Assembly: GCA_040385525.1 (NCBI GenBank)
Contig: JAZKHE010000005.1
Location: 10,819 to 74,818, forward strand
Length of the DNA stretch: 64,000 nucleotides
Source of the DNA: Bacteroidota bacterium
GTDB lineage: Bacteria; Bacteroidota; Bacteroidia; UBA4408
Direction: 5' to 3'
In this document: positions 55,853 through 64,000 of the stretch, in pieces
Layout of the letters: every line of letters begins with the position of its first letter
How positions within the stretch are numbered: the first letter of the stretch is position 1
Program-made: the position numbers and the translations under genes
Notes under the pieces: generated by a model
The model's database searches: none
The model's input: the letters and a program-made list of their open reading frames with translations, nothing else
Told to the model about the DNA's origin: nothing

Positions 55853-57694
55853 ATGTCAGTTACAACTGAATTAAAAGACGAGGTAACCATATTATTTGCT
55901 GGTGATTCTGGCGATGGAATACAACTAACAGGAACTCAATTTACCGATACCGCTGCACTTTTTGGCAACGATATAAGCACATTTCCAAACTTTCCTGCCG
56001 AAATTCGTGCCCCGCAAGGCACATTAGCAGGTGTTTCTGGTTTTCAATTACATTTTGGTAGTGTAGAAATTTACACGCCAGGCGATGTTTGCGATGTATT
56101 GGTAATTATGAATGCTGCCGCTTTAAAAGCAAACATAAAAAGCTTAAAACAAGGCGGAATTATTATTGTAAACACCGATGGTTTTGATGCTAAAAATTTA
56201 AAACTAGCGAAATATCCAGATGGCGTCAATCCACTAAACGATAGTTCGTTAGATAAATATAAAGTTTATCAAGTTGATGTGACCAAAATGATTAAAATTG
56301 CTTTGGCAGATAGTGGTTTGGGTACAAAAGAAATAGATCGTTCTAAAAACATGTTTATTCTTGGTTTCTTGTATTGGATGTATAATCGCCCAATGGAAGC
56401 AACTATTGAGTTTATAACAGAGAAATTTAAAAAGCGTCAAGATTTAATTGATGCCAACGTAAAAGCATTAAAAGCAGGTTATAATTTTGGTGATACTACC
56501 GAAACATTTTCAACACGTTTTGAAGTTAAGCCAGCAAAAATTGAAAAAGGAATTTACCGCAACATTATGGGTAATCAGGCAACTGCAATTGGTTTAATTG
56601 CTGCTGCACAACAAGCCAACTTACCTTTGTTTTTTGGAACGTATCCGATTACTCCTGCATCAGATATTTTACACGAACTTGTAAAACATAAAAATTTTGA
56701 AGTAAAAACTTTTCAAGCCGAAGACGAAATTGCAGCAATTTGTTCTACAATTGGTGCCGCTTTTGGCGGAAGTTTAGGTGTTACTTCATCATCAGGACCT
56801 GGTATTGCATTAAAAACAGAAGCTATTGGCTTAGCTTTAATGTTAGAAATTCCTTTAGTAATAATTAACGTTCAGCGTGGTGGCCCATCAACAGGTTTAC
56901 CAACTAAAACAGAGCAAGCCGATTTGTTGCAAGCAATTTACGGACGTAATGGCGAAGCTCCTGTTGCAGTAATTTCTGCAAGCACACCTTCCGATTGTTT
57001 TGATACAATTATTGAAGCCTGTAGAATTGCAGTTGAGCACATGACGCCAGTTTTCTTTTTAAGCGATGGTTTTATTGCAAATGGCGCAGAGCCTTGGAAA
57101 TTCCCTACAGCAGATCAATTACCAAAAATAAATACACATTACGCTAAAGCGGTTGAGGGAGAAAAGTTTTTGCCTTACAAGCGTAACGAAAAATTAGCCC
57201 GCGAATGGGCAATTCCTGGAACTAAAGGATTAGAGCACCGTGTAGGAGGTATTGAAAAAGAAAATGAAACAGGAAACATTTCTTACGATCCAGAAAATCA
57301 CCAATTAATGGTGAATTTACGCGCCGAAAAAATAGCGCGTATTGCAGATTATGTTCCACTTCAAAAAGTAGAAACTGGAGCAGAAAAAGGAAAAGTTTTG
57401 GTGTTAGGTTGGGGTTCAACACATGGATCAATAAAATCGGCGGTTAAAAAATTAACTGCGCAAGGTCATGCCGTATCGCATGCACACGTTCGTTACTTAA
57501 ATCCATTACCAAAAAATTTAAAAGAATTAATGGATGGTTTTGATAAAGTTTTAATTCCAGAAATAAATTCAGGACAACTAATAAAAATAATTCGTGCCAA
57601 CTATTTAATAGATGCGGTTGGTTTAAATAAAGTAAAAGGAATGCCTTTTTCGAGTCAAGAAATAGAAGATAAAGTGTTGGAGCTTTTAAAATAA
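55853..57694 (+). CDS. korA: 2-oxoacid:ferredoxin oxidoreductase alpha subunit (gamma-alpha fusion)
   Basis: FAGDSGDGIQL, FPAEIRAP, YPITPAS, QAEDEIAA and QRGGPSTGLPTKTEQ. Confidence 0.94.
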   Translation: MSVTTELKDEVTILFAGDSGDGIQLTGTQFTDTAALFGNDISTFPNFPAEIRAPQGTLAGVSGFQLHFGSVEIYTPGDVCDVLVIMNAAALKANIKSLKQGGIIIVNTDGFDAKNLKLAKYPDGVNPLNDSSLDKYKVYQVDVTKMIKIALADSGLGTKEIDRSKNMFILGFLYWMYNRPMEATIEFITEKFKKRQDLIDANVKALKAGYNFGDTTETFSTRFEVKPAKIEKGIYRNIMGNQATAIGLIAAAQQANLPLFFGTYPITPASDILHELVKHKNFEVKTFQAEDEIAAICSTIGAAFGGSLGVTSSSGPGIALKTEAIGLALMLEIPLVIINVQRGGPSTGLPTKTEQADLLQAIYGRNGEAPVAVISASTPSDCFDTIIEACRIAVEHMTPVFFLSDGFIANGAEPWKFPTADQLPKINTHYAKAVEGEKFLPYKRNEKLAREWAIPGTKGLEHRVGGIEKENETGNISYDPENHQLMVNLRAEKIARIADYVPLQKVETGAEKGKVLVLGWGSTHGSIKSAVKKLTAQGHAVSHAHVRYLNPLPKNLKELMDGFDKVLIPEINSGQLIKIIRANYLIDAVGLNKVKGMPFSSQEIEDKVLELLK

Positions 57695-57701
57695 TTGAGT
57701 T

Positions 57702-58742
57702 ATGTCAGATACTACAACAAACATAAACGAAGTAAAATTAACGCCTAAAGATTTTACAACCGATCAAGAAGTTAGGTGGTGCCCAGGTTGCGGCGATTAT
57801 TCTATATTAAAGCAAGTGCAAACCGTTATGCCTGATTTAGGTGTAGCAAAAGAAAATATTGTTTTTGTTTCGGGAATTGGATGTTCTTCACGTTTTCCAT
57901 ACTACATGGAAACCTTTGGTATGCATAGTATTCATGGTAGAGCAACTGCTATTGCAAGTGGTTTAAAAGCTTCTCGCCCTGAGTTAAGTGTGTGGATTGT
58001 TACGGGCGATGGAGATTCTCTTTCCATTGGTGGAAATCACTTAATACACTTGTTGCGTCGTAATTTTGATGTAAATATTATGTTGTTTAACAACGAAATT
58101 TACGGATTAACAAAAGGACAATATTCGCCAGCGTCACCCGAAGGACAAATTACAAAAAGTACCCCAATGGGTTCTATCGATCATCCATTTAATCCTTTAG
58201 CTTTGGTAATGGGTGCAGATGCAAGTTTTGTAGCAAGAGCAATGGATAGAGACCCTGTGCAATTGCGCGAAATGATTAAGCGTTCGCACCAACACAAAGG
58301 TTCTTCATTGTTAGAGATTTACCAAAATTGTAATGTTTTTAACGATGGTGCTTTTGAAGTTTTTACTGAAAAAGGAACAAAAAAAATAAATACACTTTTT
58401 GTTGAAAATGGCAAACCACTTGTGTTTGGCGATAATCAAGATAAAGGAATTAAGTTAGATGGATTTAAACCCGTTGTGGTTAATTTAGCTGACGGACATT
58501 CTGCAAACGATTTGTGGATACACGATGAAAGCGATAAGGTAAAAGCAACTTTATTAGTAAACTTTTTTGATAACCCAAATAAACCGAGTGCTTTGCCACG
58601 TCCGTTTGGTGTTTTTTATCAAGAAAACAGAACTTGTTACGAAGAAGCATTGCAAGCGCAAATTAACGAAGCGTTAGCTCAAAAAGGAAAAGGCGATTTA
58701 AATCAATTATTAAGCGGAAAAAACACTTGGGAAGTGGTTTAG
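57702..58742 (+). CDS. korB: 2-oxoacid:ferredoxin oxidoreductase beta subunit
   Basis: WCPGCGD, GIGCSSR, TPP-binding GDGD...NN, and YGLTKGQYSP. Confidence 0.94.
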   Translation: MSDTTTNINEVKLTPKDFTTDQEVRWCPGCGDYSILKQVQTVMPDLGVAKENIVFVSGIGCSSRFPYYMETFGMHSIHGRATAIASGLKASRPELSVWIVTGDGDSLSIGGNHLIHLLRRNFDVNIMLFNNEIYGLTKGQYSPASPEGQITKSTPMGSIDHPFNPLALVMGADASFVARAMDRDPVQLREMIKRSHQHKGSSLLEIYQNCNVFNDGAFEVFTEKGTKKINTLFVENGKPLVFGDNQDKGIKLDGFKPVVVNLADGHSANDLWIHDESDKVKATLLVNFFDNPNKPSALPRPFGVFYQENRTCYEEALQAQINEALAQKGKGDLNQLLSGKNTWEVV

Positions 58743-58752
58743 ATTTGTTAAT

Positions 58753-59301
58753 TTGAAAACAACCAACTACATAATTAGCACGCTTTTATTACTCGCGTTT
58801 GTGTTTAATATTGTTGGCTATGATGTTGTTTTTAGAGTAACGCAATTCCAAATTAAAAAAGAAGTAAAGCGTAAATTAAAAGCTGGTGTTGATAAGCAAA
58901 AACTACACACCATTGTTGTTCCTAAATCTTGGTTGAGCCAAAACAATAAAGATTTTAAAACCATACACGAGCGTGAGTTTGAATACAAGGGCGTGATGTA
59001 TGATGTGGTAACTAAAACCGAGAAAGATGATTTAATTTATTTTAAATGTATAAGCGATAAAGAAGAAACAAAGTTATTTGCGCAATTAGATGAGCATATT
59101 AAAAATCATGTTTCTGCATTTCCACAAACAAAAAATAAAAACCAAAAGCTTTACAAAAAAATTGCTAAAGATTATTTTCCTCCTTCAGTAAAGCAAAATC
59201 TTGTTTCATTTGTAGTAATTACAAAAAAACAAATTCTATTTTCAGAACCTTTAAACAGTCAATTTACAAAGGTTTCTACACCACCACCCGAATTAGTATA
59301 A
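58753..59301 (+). CDS. Hypothetical membrane-anchored protein upstream of a TonB-dependent receptor
   Basis: TTG start, N-terminal TM helix, EFEYKGVMYDVV...YFKCISDKEETKL, and C-terminal STPPPELV. Confidence 0.7.
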   Translation: MKTTNYIISTLLLLAFVFNIVGYDVVFRVTQFQIKKEVKRKLKAGVDKQKLHTIVVPKSWLSQNNKDFKTIHEREFEYKGVMYDVVTKTEKDDLIYFKCISDKEETKLFAQLDEHIKNHVSAFPQTKNKNQKLYKKIAKDYFPPSVKQNLVSFVVITKKQILFSEPLNSQFTKVSTPPPELV

Positions 59302-59365
59302 TTAAACATTACATACTCCTTAATTATTTTAAGGAAGAATAAATTATTAATTATAACTAAGAAAA

Positions 59366-61771
59366 ATGTATAGATATATTTTATTTTTTCTGTGTTTAGC
59401 AATATACAGCAATGCACAGAACGTTAAAGTACTTGATAAAGTTACTTTACAAGCCATACCTTATGCTACGGTTAAAAACAGCAAAAACACTAGTACACAA
59501 ACCAACGAAAAAGGACAAATTAATTTTGTAGGATTTTCTACTGGTGATTCTCTTTTTGTTACTGCTTTGGGTTATCAAAATGCAGCTTTTGTTTGGAATG
59601 GAAAAACAACTGAAACACTAAAAATTTATTTATCAGAAAAAAGTTATTCCATGAGCGAAGTCGTAATTTCTGCTAATAAATTTGATGAGAAACGTAAAGA
59701 TATTCCGCAGCAAATAAATGTGATTAATGCACGCGAAATGGAATTTGCTAACCAACAAAATACTGCCGACTTATTAACTACAACAGGAAATGCTTTTGTA
59801 CAAAAAAGCCAGATGGGTGGAGGAAGTCCTGTTTTGCGTGGTTTTGAAGCGAGTAGAGTTTTAATGGTAATTGATGGCGTACGCATGAATAACGCTATTT
59901 ATCGAGCAGGACATCTACAGAACGTTATGCGTGTGGATAACAACATGTTAGACAAAACAGAAGTTATTTTTGGACCTGGTTCAGTAATGTATGGTAGCGA
60001 TGCTTTGGGTGGCGTTATGCACTTTTACACAAAAAATCCTGTTCTATCTACAGATAGCGGAAAAACAAATGTGGGTGGAAATGCCTATGTACGTTATTCT
60101 TCAGCCAACAACGAAAAAACGGCTCACGCTGATGTAAATGTTGGGTTTAAAAAATTTGGGTCGCTTACATCAATTACTTTTTCTGATTTTGGTGATATGC
60201 GCATGGGCGCAAAACGTAAGTCGGAATATGGAACTTGGGGACAACGTACTTTTTATGTAGAACGCATAAATGGTATAGATTCTACTATAACAAATTCAAA
60301 TCCTGAATTGCAAGTGGGTTCTGCTTATCAGCAATATGATGTGTTGCAAAAGTTTATGTTTAAGCAAAGCGAAAAAGTAAATCATGTTTTAAATTTTCAA
60401 TATTCTGCAACAGGCGATGTTCCTCGCACAGATAGACTTACAGATGTTAGAGGAGGAAAACCTCGTTTTGCAGAATGGTATTATGGTCCTGAAAAAAGAA
60501 TGATGGTTTCTTATGCTTTAAACTTAACCAAAGGTTCTTTTTACGATAGAGGAAAAGTTGTTTTAGCCTATCAAGATATTGAAGAAAGCAGAGTTACTCG
60601 CCAGTATAGAAGAGATACTAAAACTAGCCAAATTGAAAATGTAAAAGTTGCAACTATAAATGTTGATTTTTCTAAAAAAATAAAACAACATGAGTTACGC
60701 TACGGAATTGATGCAGCATACAACGATGTAAATAGTACTGCATTTACACAAAACATTGTAACTGGTTCAGAAAAGCCTGATGCAACTCGCTATGCAGATG
60801 GTGGAGCAAATATGGCTTGGGGCGCAGCTTATTTTACACATGCTTGGGAGATAAGCGAAAAATTAATTTTATCGGAAGGAATACGTTTTTCAACAACGCA
60901 ATTAAATGCAAGTTTTGTTGATAAGACATTTTTTCCGTTTCCATACAATGATGTAAAACAAAGCAATAATGCTGTTAACGGAAACATTGGTTTGGTTTTT
61001 ATGCCCGATAATTCTTGGCGTTTTGCTATTTATGGTTCAAGTGGATTTAGAAGCCCTAACGTTGATGATTTATCAAAAGTATTTGAGTCAAGCCCCGGAA
61101 CGTTAATAGTGCCAAATCCAACCATAAAACCAGAATATACCTATACTGGTGATGTTTCTATTGGAAAAACTTTTGCAGAAAAAGTAAGTATGGAAATTGT
61201 TGGTTATTACACGCATGTAAATAATTTAATGTCGGTAAAACCATTCACATTAAATGGCGCTTCAACAATAGATTTTGCTGGAGTAACCAGTAATGTTGTT
61301 GCAATGCAAAATACCGAAAAAGCATTTGTAACAGGAGCTTCGTATAATTTATCTGCCGAAGTTGCTAAAGGTTGGTTTATAAATGGCGCATATACATTTA
61401 CATATGGAAGATTAAAAACCGACACAGTAAATTATCCTTTAGATCACATTCCGCCTATGTTTGGTAAATTAGGTTTAACATACAAAACAAAACAATTGCG
61501 TATTGAAGCATTTACTTTGTTTAATGGAGGAAAATATTCGCCCGATTACAATTTGTTTGGAGAAGATAATCAAGTGTATTCTCTAAATCCTGTAAAAGGT
61601 TATTCGCCAGCGTGGTACACTATAAATATGAGAGCTGCGTATCAGTTTACTAGTTTATTGCAGGTCCAATTAGCTTTAGAGAATATTATGGATACCTACT
61701 ACAGACAGTTTGCATCGGGCTTTAGCGCATCGGGTAGAAATATTTCTGCAACGCTGAGAGTTAAGTTTTAA
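59366..61771 (+). CDS. TonB-dependent receptor
   Basis: Carboxypeptidase-regulatory-like N-domain, plug (QKSQMGGGSPVLRGFEASRVLMVIDGVRMNN; GPGSVMYGSDALGG), barrel ending NISATLRVKF. Confidence 0.94.
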   Translation: MYRYILFFLCLAIYSNAQNVKVLDKVTLQAIPYATVKNSKNTSTQTNEKGQINFVGFSTGDSLFVTALGYQNAAFVWNGKTTETLKIYLSEKSYSMSEVVISANKFDEKRKDIPQQINVINAREMEFANQQNTADLLTTTGNAFVQKSQMGGGSPVLRGFEASRVLMVIDGVRMNNAIYRAGHLQNVMRVDNNMLDKTEVIFGPGSVMYGSDALGGVMHFYTKNPVLSTDSGKTNVGGNAYVRYSSANNEKTAHADVNVGFKKFGSLTSITFSDFGDMRMGAKRKSEYGTWGQRTFYVERINGIDSTITNSNPELQVGSAYQQYDVLQKFMFKQSEKVNHVLNFQYSATGDVPRTDRLTDVRGGKPRFAEWYYGPEKRMMVSYALNLTKGSFYDRGKVVLAYQDIEESRVTRQYRRDTKTSQIENVKVATINVDFSKKIKQHELRYGIDAAYNDVNSTAFTQNIVTGSEKPDATRYADGGANMAWGAAYFTHAWEISEKLILSEGIRFSTTQLNASFVDKTFFPFPYNDVKQSNNAVNGNIGLVFMPDNSWRFAIYGSSGFRSPNVDDLSKVFESSPGTLIVPNPTIKPEYTYTGDVSIGKTFAEKVSMEIVGYYTHVNNLMSVKPFTLNGASTIDFAGVTSNVVAMQNTEKAFVTGASYNLSAEVAKGWFINGAYTFTYGRLKTDTVNYPLDHIPPMFGKLGLTYKTKQLRIEAFTLFNGGKYSPDYNLFGEDNQVYSLNPVKGYSPAWYTINMRAAYQFTSLLQVQLALENIMDTYYRQFASGFSASGRNISATLRVKF

Positions 61772-61776
61772 TTTGG

Positions 61777-61809
61777 GTTTTCAACAACCAATTTCACTTT
61801 GTTGAAAAC
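61777..61809. terminator. 11-bp inverted repeat after the TonB receptor (terminator or stabilising hairpin)
   Basis: gttttcaacaa and ttgttgaaaac with an 11-nt loop. Confidence 0.5.
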
Positions 61810-61924
61810 TTGAAAGCCATAAAATTTGTATAAACTATTTTAACAAGTACATTTGAAATGAGTTAAATACAATATGTATTTAATGATACATTCTCTCTGT
61901 ATATAAGCTTTAATGCTACAAAAC

Positions 61925-61960
61925 AACCCAACAGTTTTCATGTTTCTGTTGGGTTTTTTG
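61925..61960 (+). terminator. Intrinsic terminator-like hairpin
   Basis: aacccaacag and ctgttgggtt followed by a T run. Confidence 0.6.
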
Positions 61961-62007
61961 TTTTGTAAAATTTGCGTAATTTCAACTAATAATTAATTTA
62001 TGCTGTT

Positions 62008-62859
62008 ATGAGAATAAAACTACTTTTTGTTTTCTTGGCTTTTGTTTTTTTTGCAAAGGCACAAAATTTAAACTTTGGTCCACGCATAGGCGCTAACGTT
62101 ATATATCTTCAAGAAAACGAATTCAAATCGAAAGATTATGCGTTTAGAGCCAATTTTGGAGCTAATGCAGAATATAGTTTTAACGAATATTTTTCGGTAT
62201 CAGCTGATGTTTTATTCTCTCAAAAAAGAAAATTGTATGAAAGTTTTGAAAATCAATCATTAATTAAAGCCTTAAGCAATTCTTTTTTAGGAATTGGATT
62301 GGCAGATTCTTCGTTGTTGGGAGTAGCGCAGTTTTTAAACGATACTGTTTATGGCACAACAAAAGGCTCTGTAAAGCTTAATTATATTGAAATACCATTG
62401 TTGGCTAAATTTAATTATAAAGGAGTTTCTGTTGGAGTTGGCCCTTATTTTTCTTACTTAAATAAAGTACAATCTGTTGAAGTAATGACACAAGAAAGTC
62501 CTTTATTAGATATTGCATTTAACGCATTAGATTCCATTCCTTTTGCTGGGCCTTTTATTAAAACTGCAATTTCTTCGCAGTTTCCTGGTTACGAAACACC
62601 ACAAATTACAGAGAGTACAGATAAATCAAAATACAGAACAGTAGATATGGGTTTTGTAGTTGATTTGAGTTATAGATTCGGTAGTAATTTATATACAGGA
62701 ATGCGTTACACTAGAGGATTAACAGATTACAGATATACACAAAGCGGTAGTAAACAAGTAAATTCGGTTTGGATGTTTAATGTTGGTTATAGTTTTGGTA
62801 AAAAATTTACAAGTAAAACAAAAGGTATTTACGATTTAGAGAAAAAAGCGACAGATTAA
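62008..62859 (+). CDS. PorT-like/porin family outer-membrane beta-barrel protein
   Basis: FGPRIGAN, LNYIEIPLLAKF, VGPYFSYL, DMGFVVDLSYRF and RYTRGLTD. Confidence 0.82.
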   Translation: MRIKLLFVFLAFVFFAKAQNLNFGPRIGANVIYLQENEFKSKDYAFRANFGANAEYSFNEYFSVSADVLFSQKRKLYESFENQSLIKALSNSFLGIGLADSSLLGVAQFLNDTVYGTTKGSVKLNYIEIPLLAKFNYKGVSVGVGPYFSYLNKVQSVEVMTQESPLLDIAFNALDSIPFAGPFIKTAISSQFPGYETPQITESTDKSKYRTVDMGFVVDLSYRFGSNLYTGMRYTRGLTDYRYTQSGSKQVNSVWMFNVGYSFGKKFTSKTKGIYDLEKKATD

Positions 62860-62864
62860 AAATT

Positions 62865-62936
62865 GCTGCCGTAGTTCAATGGATAGAATAGAAGTTTCCT
62901 AAACTTTTGATATAGGTTCGATTCCTATCGGGGGCA
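62865..62936 (+). tRNA. tRNA-Arg (anticodon CCT)
   Basis: D arm GTTC/GAAT, anticodon arm GAAGT-TT CCT AA-ACTTT, T arm ATAGG-TTCGATT-CCTAT. Acceptor GCTGCCG/CGGGGGC has one G:G mismatch. CCA is not encoded. Confidence 0.93.
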
Positions 62937-62939
62937 CAC

Positions 62940-63998
62940 CTAAAACTCAAGGGTAAAGTGTAGTCCTTTTTTATTTTCAAAAGAATATTTACCGTCAATT
63001 TGTTGGCAAAGTGAATCAATTAATTCCATTCCTAACGAATCAAAATTCGTTTTAATATCTTGTATTCCTGGACCATTATCAGTTACAATTAATTTTCTTT
63101 TTCCGTTTTCTGAAAATAAAGAAACGGCTATAATTAATTTTTGACTAGGAATTTTTGCATGCTTGTTTGCGTTTGTAATTAACTCGTTTAAAATTAATCC
63201 ACACGGAATTGCATAGTTAAGTGGTAGTTCAATTTCTTCTGTGTTAATATTAATTTCTGAAAAATCTTTATTGCCCATTGAGCTAGTAATTTCACCAACT
63301 AAATCTTTAATGTAAGTTGAGAAATTTAAAACAGAACTATTGTTTTTTGTAAACACTTTTTGATGAACTAATGCCATAGAAAACACTCTGTTTCTGCATT
63401 CTTCAATTGCATTCTTAACTTCTTCTGAATTTGAATTTTCTTTTTTTAAATTGAGTAAACTCGTAACAATATTCATGTTGTTTTTTACACGATGAAAAAC
63501 TTCCGCAACTAAAACATCTTTTTCTTTAAGCATTTTTGTTATTGTTTTTTCGTGCTTAATACTTTCTGTTGTAATTATTATAATTTCCATTATGCCTGAA
63601 AACAGGCTTAAAATGATGTTAAATATTTTTACTTTAAATAAATTATCCTTTTCAATTTTAAGAACATATAAGTCGTTGCTATAATAATAAACAACTATAA
63701 TTGTTGACACAAGAAATAGAAACAGTATAACAAAAATGTGCGACAGTGTTTCTTTTCTGCCAAACAAGTGAATTACACTTAAGGTCATTGGGAAATAAAA
63801 ATTGATAAAATAACTTTCCGAACCAAGCTGTATGGCAATAACGGTCATCATAATCATACCTATGATATAAAAACCATAAGCGCCATACAAATAACCACGC
63901 GTGCTGTTTAAAAAAATAATTATTGGGGTAGTAATTATGCCCAACAACATTACATTTTGAAAACTATGAATATTAAGCGCAGGAAATAAGAAGAAAGA
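62940..63998 (-). CDS. Membrane sensor histidine kinase (HisKA_2/HWE-type), 5'-truncated at the window edge
   Basis: EVFHRVKNNMNIVTSLL H-box, GLILNELITNANKHA N-box, DNGPG and SLGMELI. The frame stays open upstream of 63950 to the window end. Confidence 0.9.
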   Translation of the reverse strand, partial: SFFLFPALNIHSFQNVMLLGIITTPIIIFLNSTRGYLYGAYGFYIIGMIMMTVIAIQLGSESYFINFYFPMTLSVIHLFGRKETLSHIFVILFLFLVSTIIVVYYYSNDLYVLKIEKDNLFKVKIFNIILSLFSGIMEIIIITTESIKHEKTITKMLKEKDVLVAEVFHRVKNNMNIVTSLLNLKKENSNSEEVKNAIEECRNRVFSMALVHQKVFTKNNSSVLNFSTYIKDLVGEITSSMGNKDFSEININTEEIELPLNYAIPCGLILNELITNANKHAKIPSQKLIIAVSLFSENGKRKLIVTDNGPGIQDIKTNFDSLGMELIDSLCQQIDGKYSFENKKGLHFTLEF

Positions 63999-64000
63999 AA

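Noticed and set aside
59302-59365. Cobalamin or TPP riboswitch before the TonB receptor
   Set aside because: Only 64 AT-rich nt, with no aptamer consensus.
62865-64000. Genomic island integrated at tRNA-Arg
   Set aside because: No integrase and no duplicated tRNA 3' end within the window. It cannot be excluded beyond base 64000.

Overview
AT-rich chromosomal window from a Bacteroidota bacterium, shown by type IX secretion (T9SS) genes, TAnnTTTG promoter motifs and the porG-uppS-bamA-skp-skp-murI cluster. I found no integrase, transposase, CRISPR array or prophage core genes. There are two T9SS type-B cargo loci. (1) 3-11060: two tandem phage-tail-fibre-like proteins with GNVGIGT repeats and no T9SS sorting domain, a small CTD-bearing protein with a TQGFNQP domain, a PorP/SprF gene and an atypical PorE-like gene (28-aa repeat insert, two SPOR-like domains instead of OmpA). 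This is the best candidate for an undescribed system, a T9SS-exported trimeric fibre. (2) 32017-45212: a 3967-aa adhesin with 35 two-Cys repeats, including an exact 498-bp tandem triplication, its PorP/SprF, and a stand-alone paralog of its N-terminal domain. The rest is mostly housekeeping or envelope genes (alpha-2-macroglobulin, fabF, rfbA, prfB with its +1 frameshift, BAM operon, Fe-S carriers, korAB, TonB receptor, tRNA-Arg). Also present: two ParE-type toxin-antitoxin pairs (one bracketed by a duplication of the fabF 3' end), a glutathione-peroxidase homolog lacking its catalytic residues, and intergenic period-7 repeat arrays and REP-like palindromes. Family assignments are from motif recognition only; no database searches were run.
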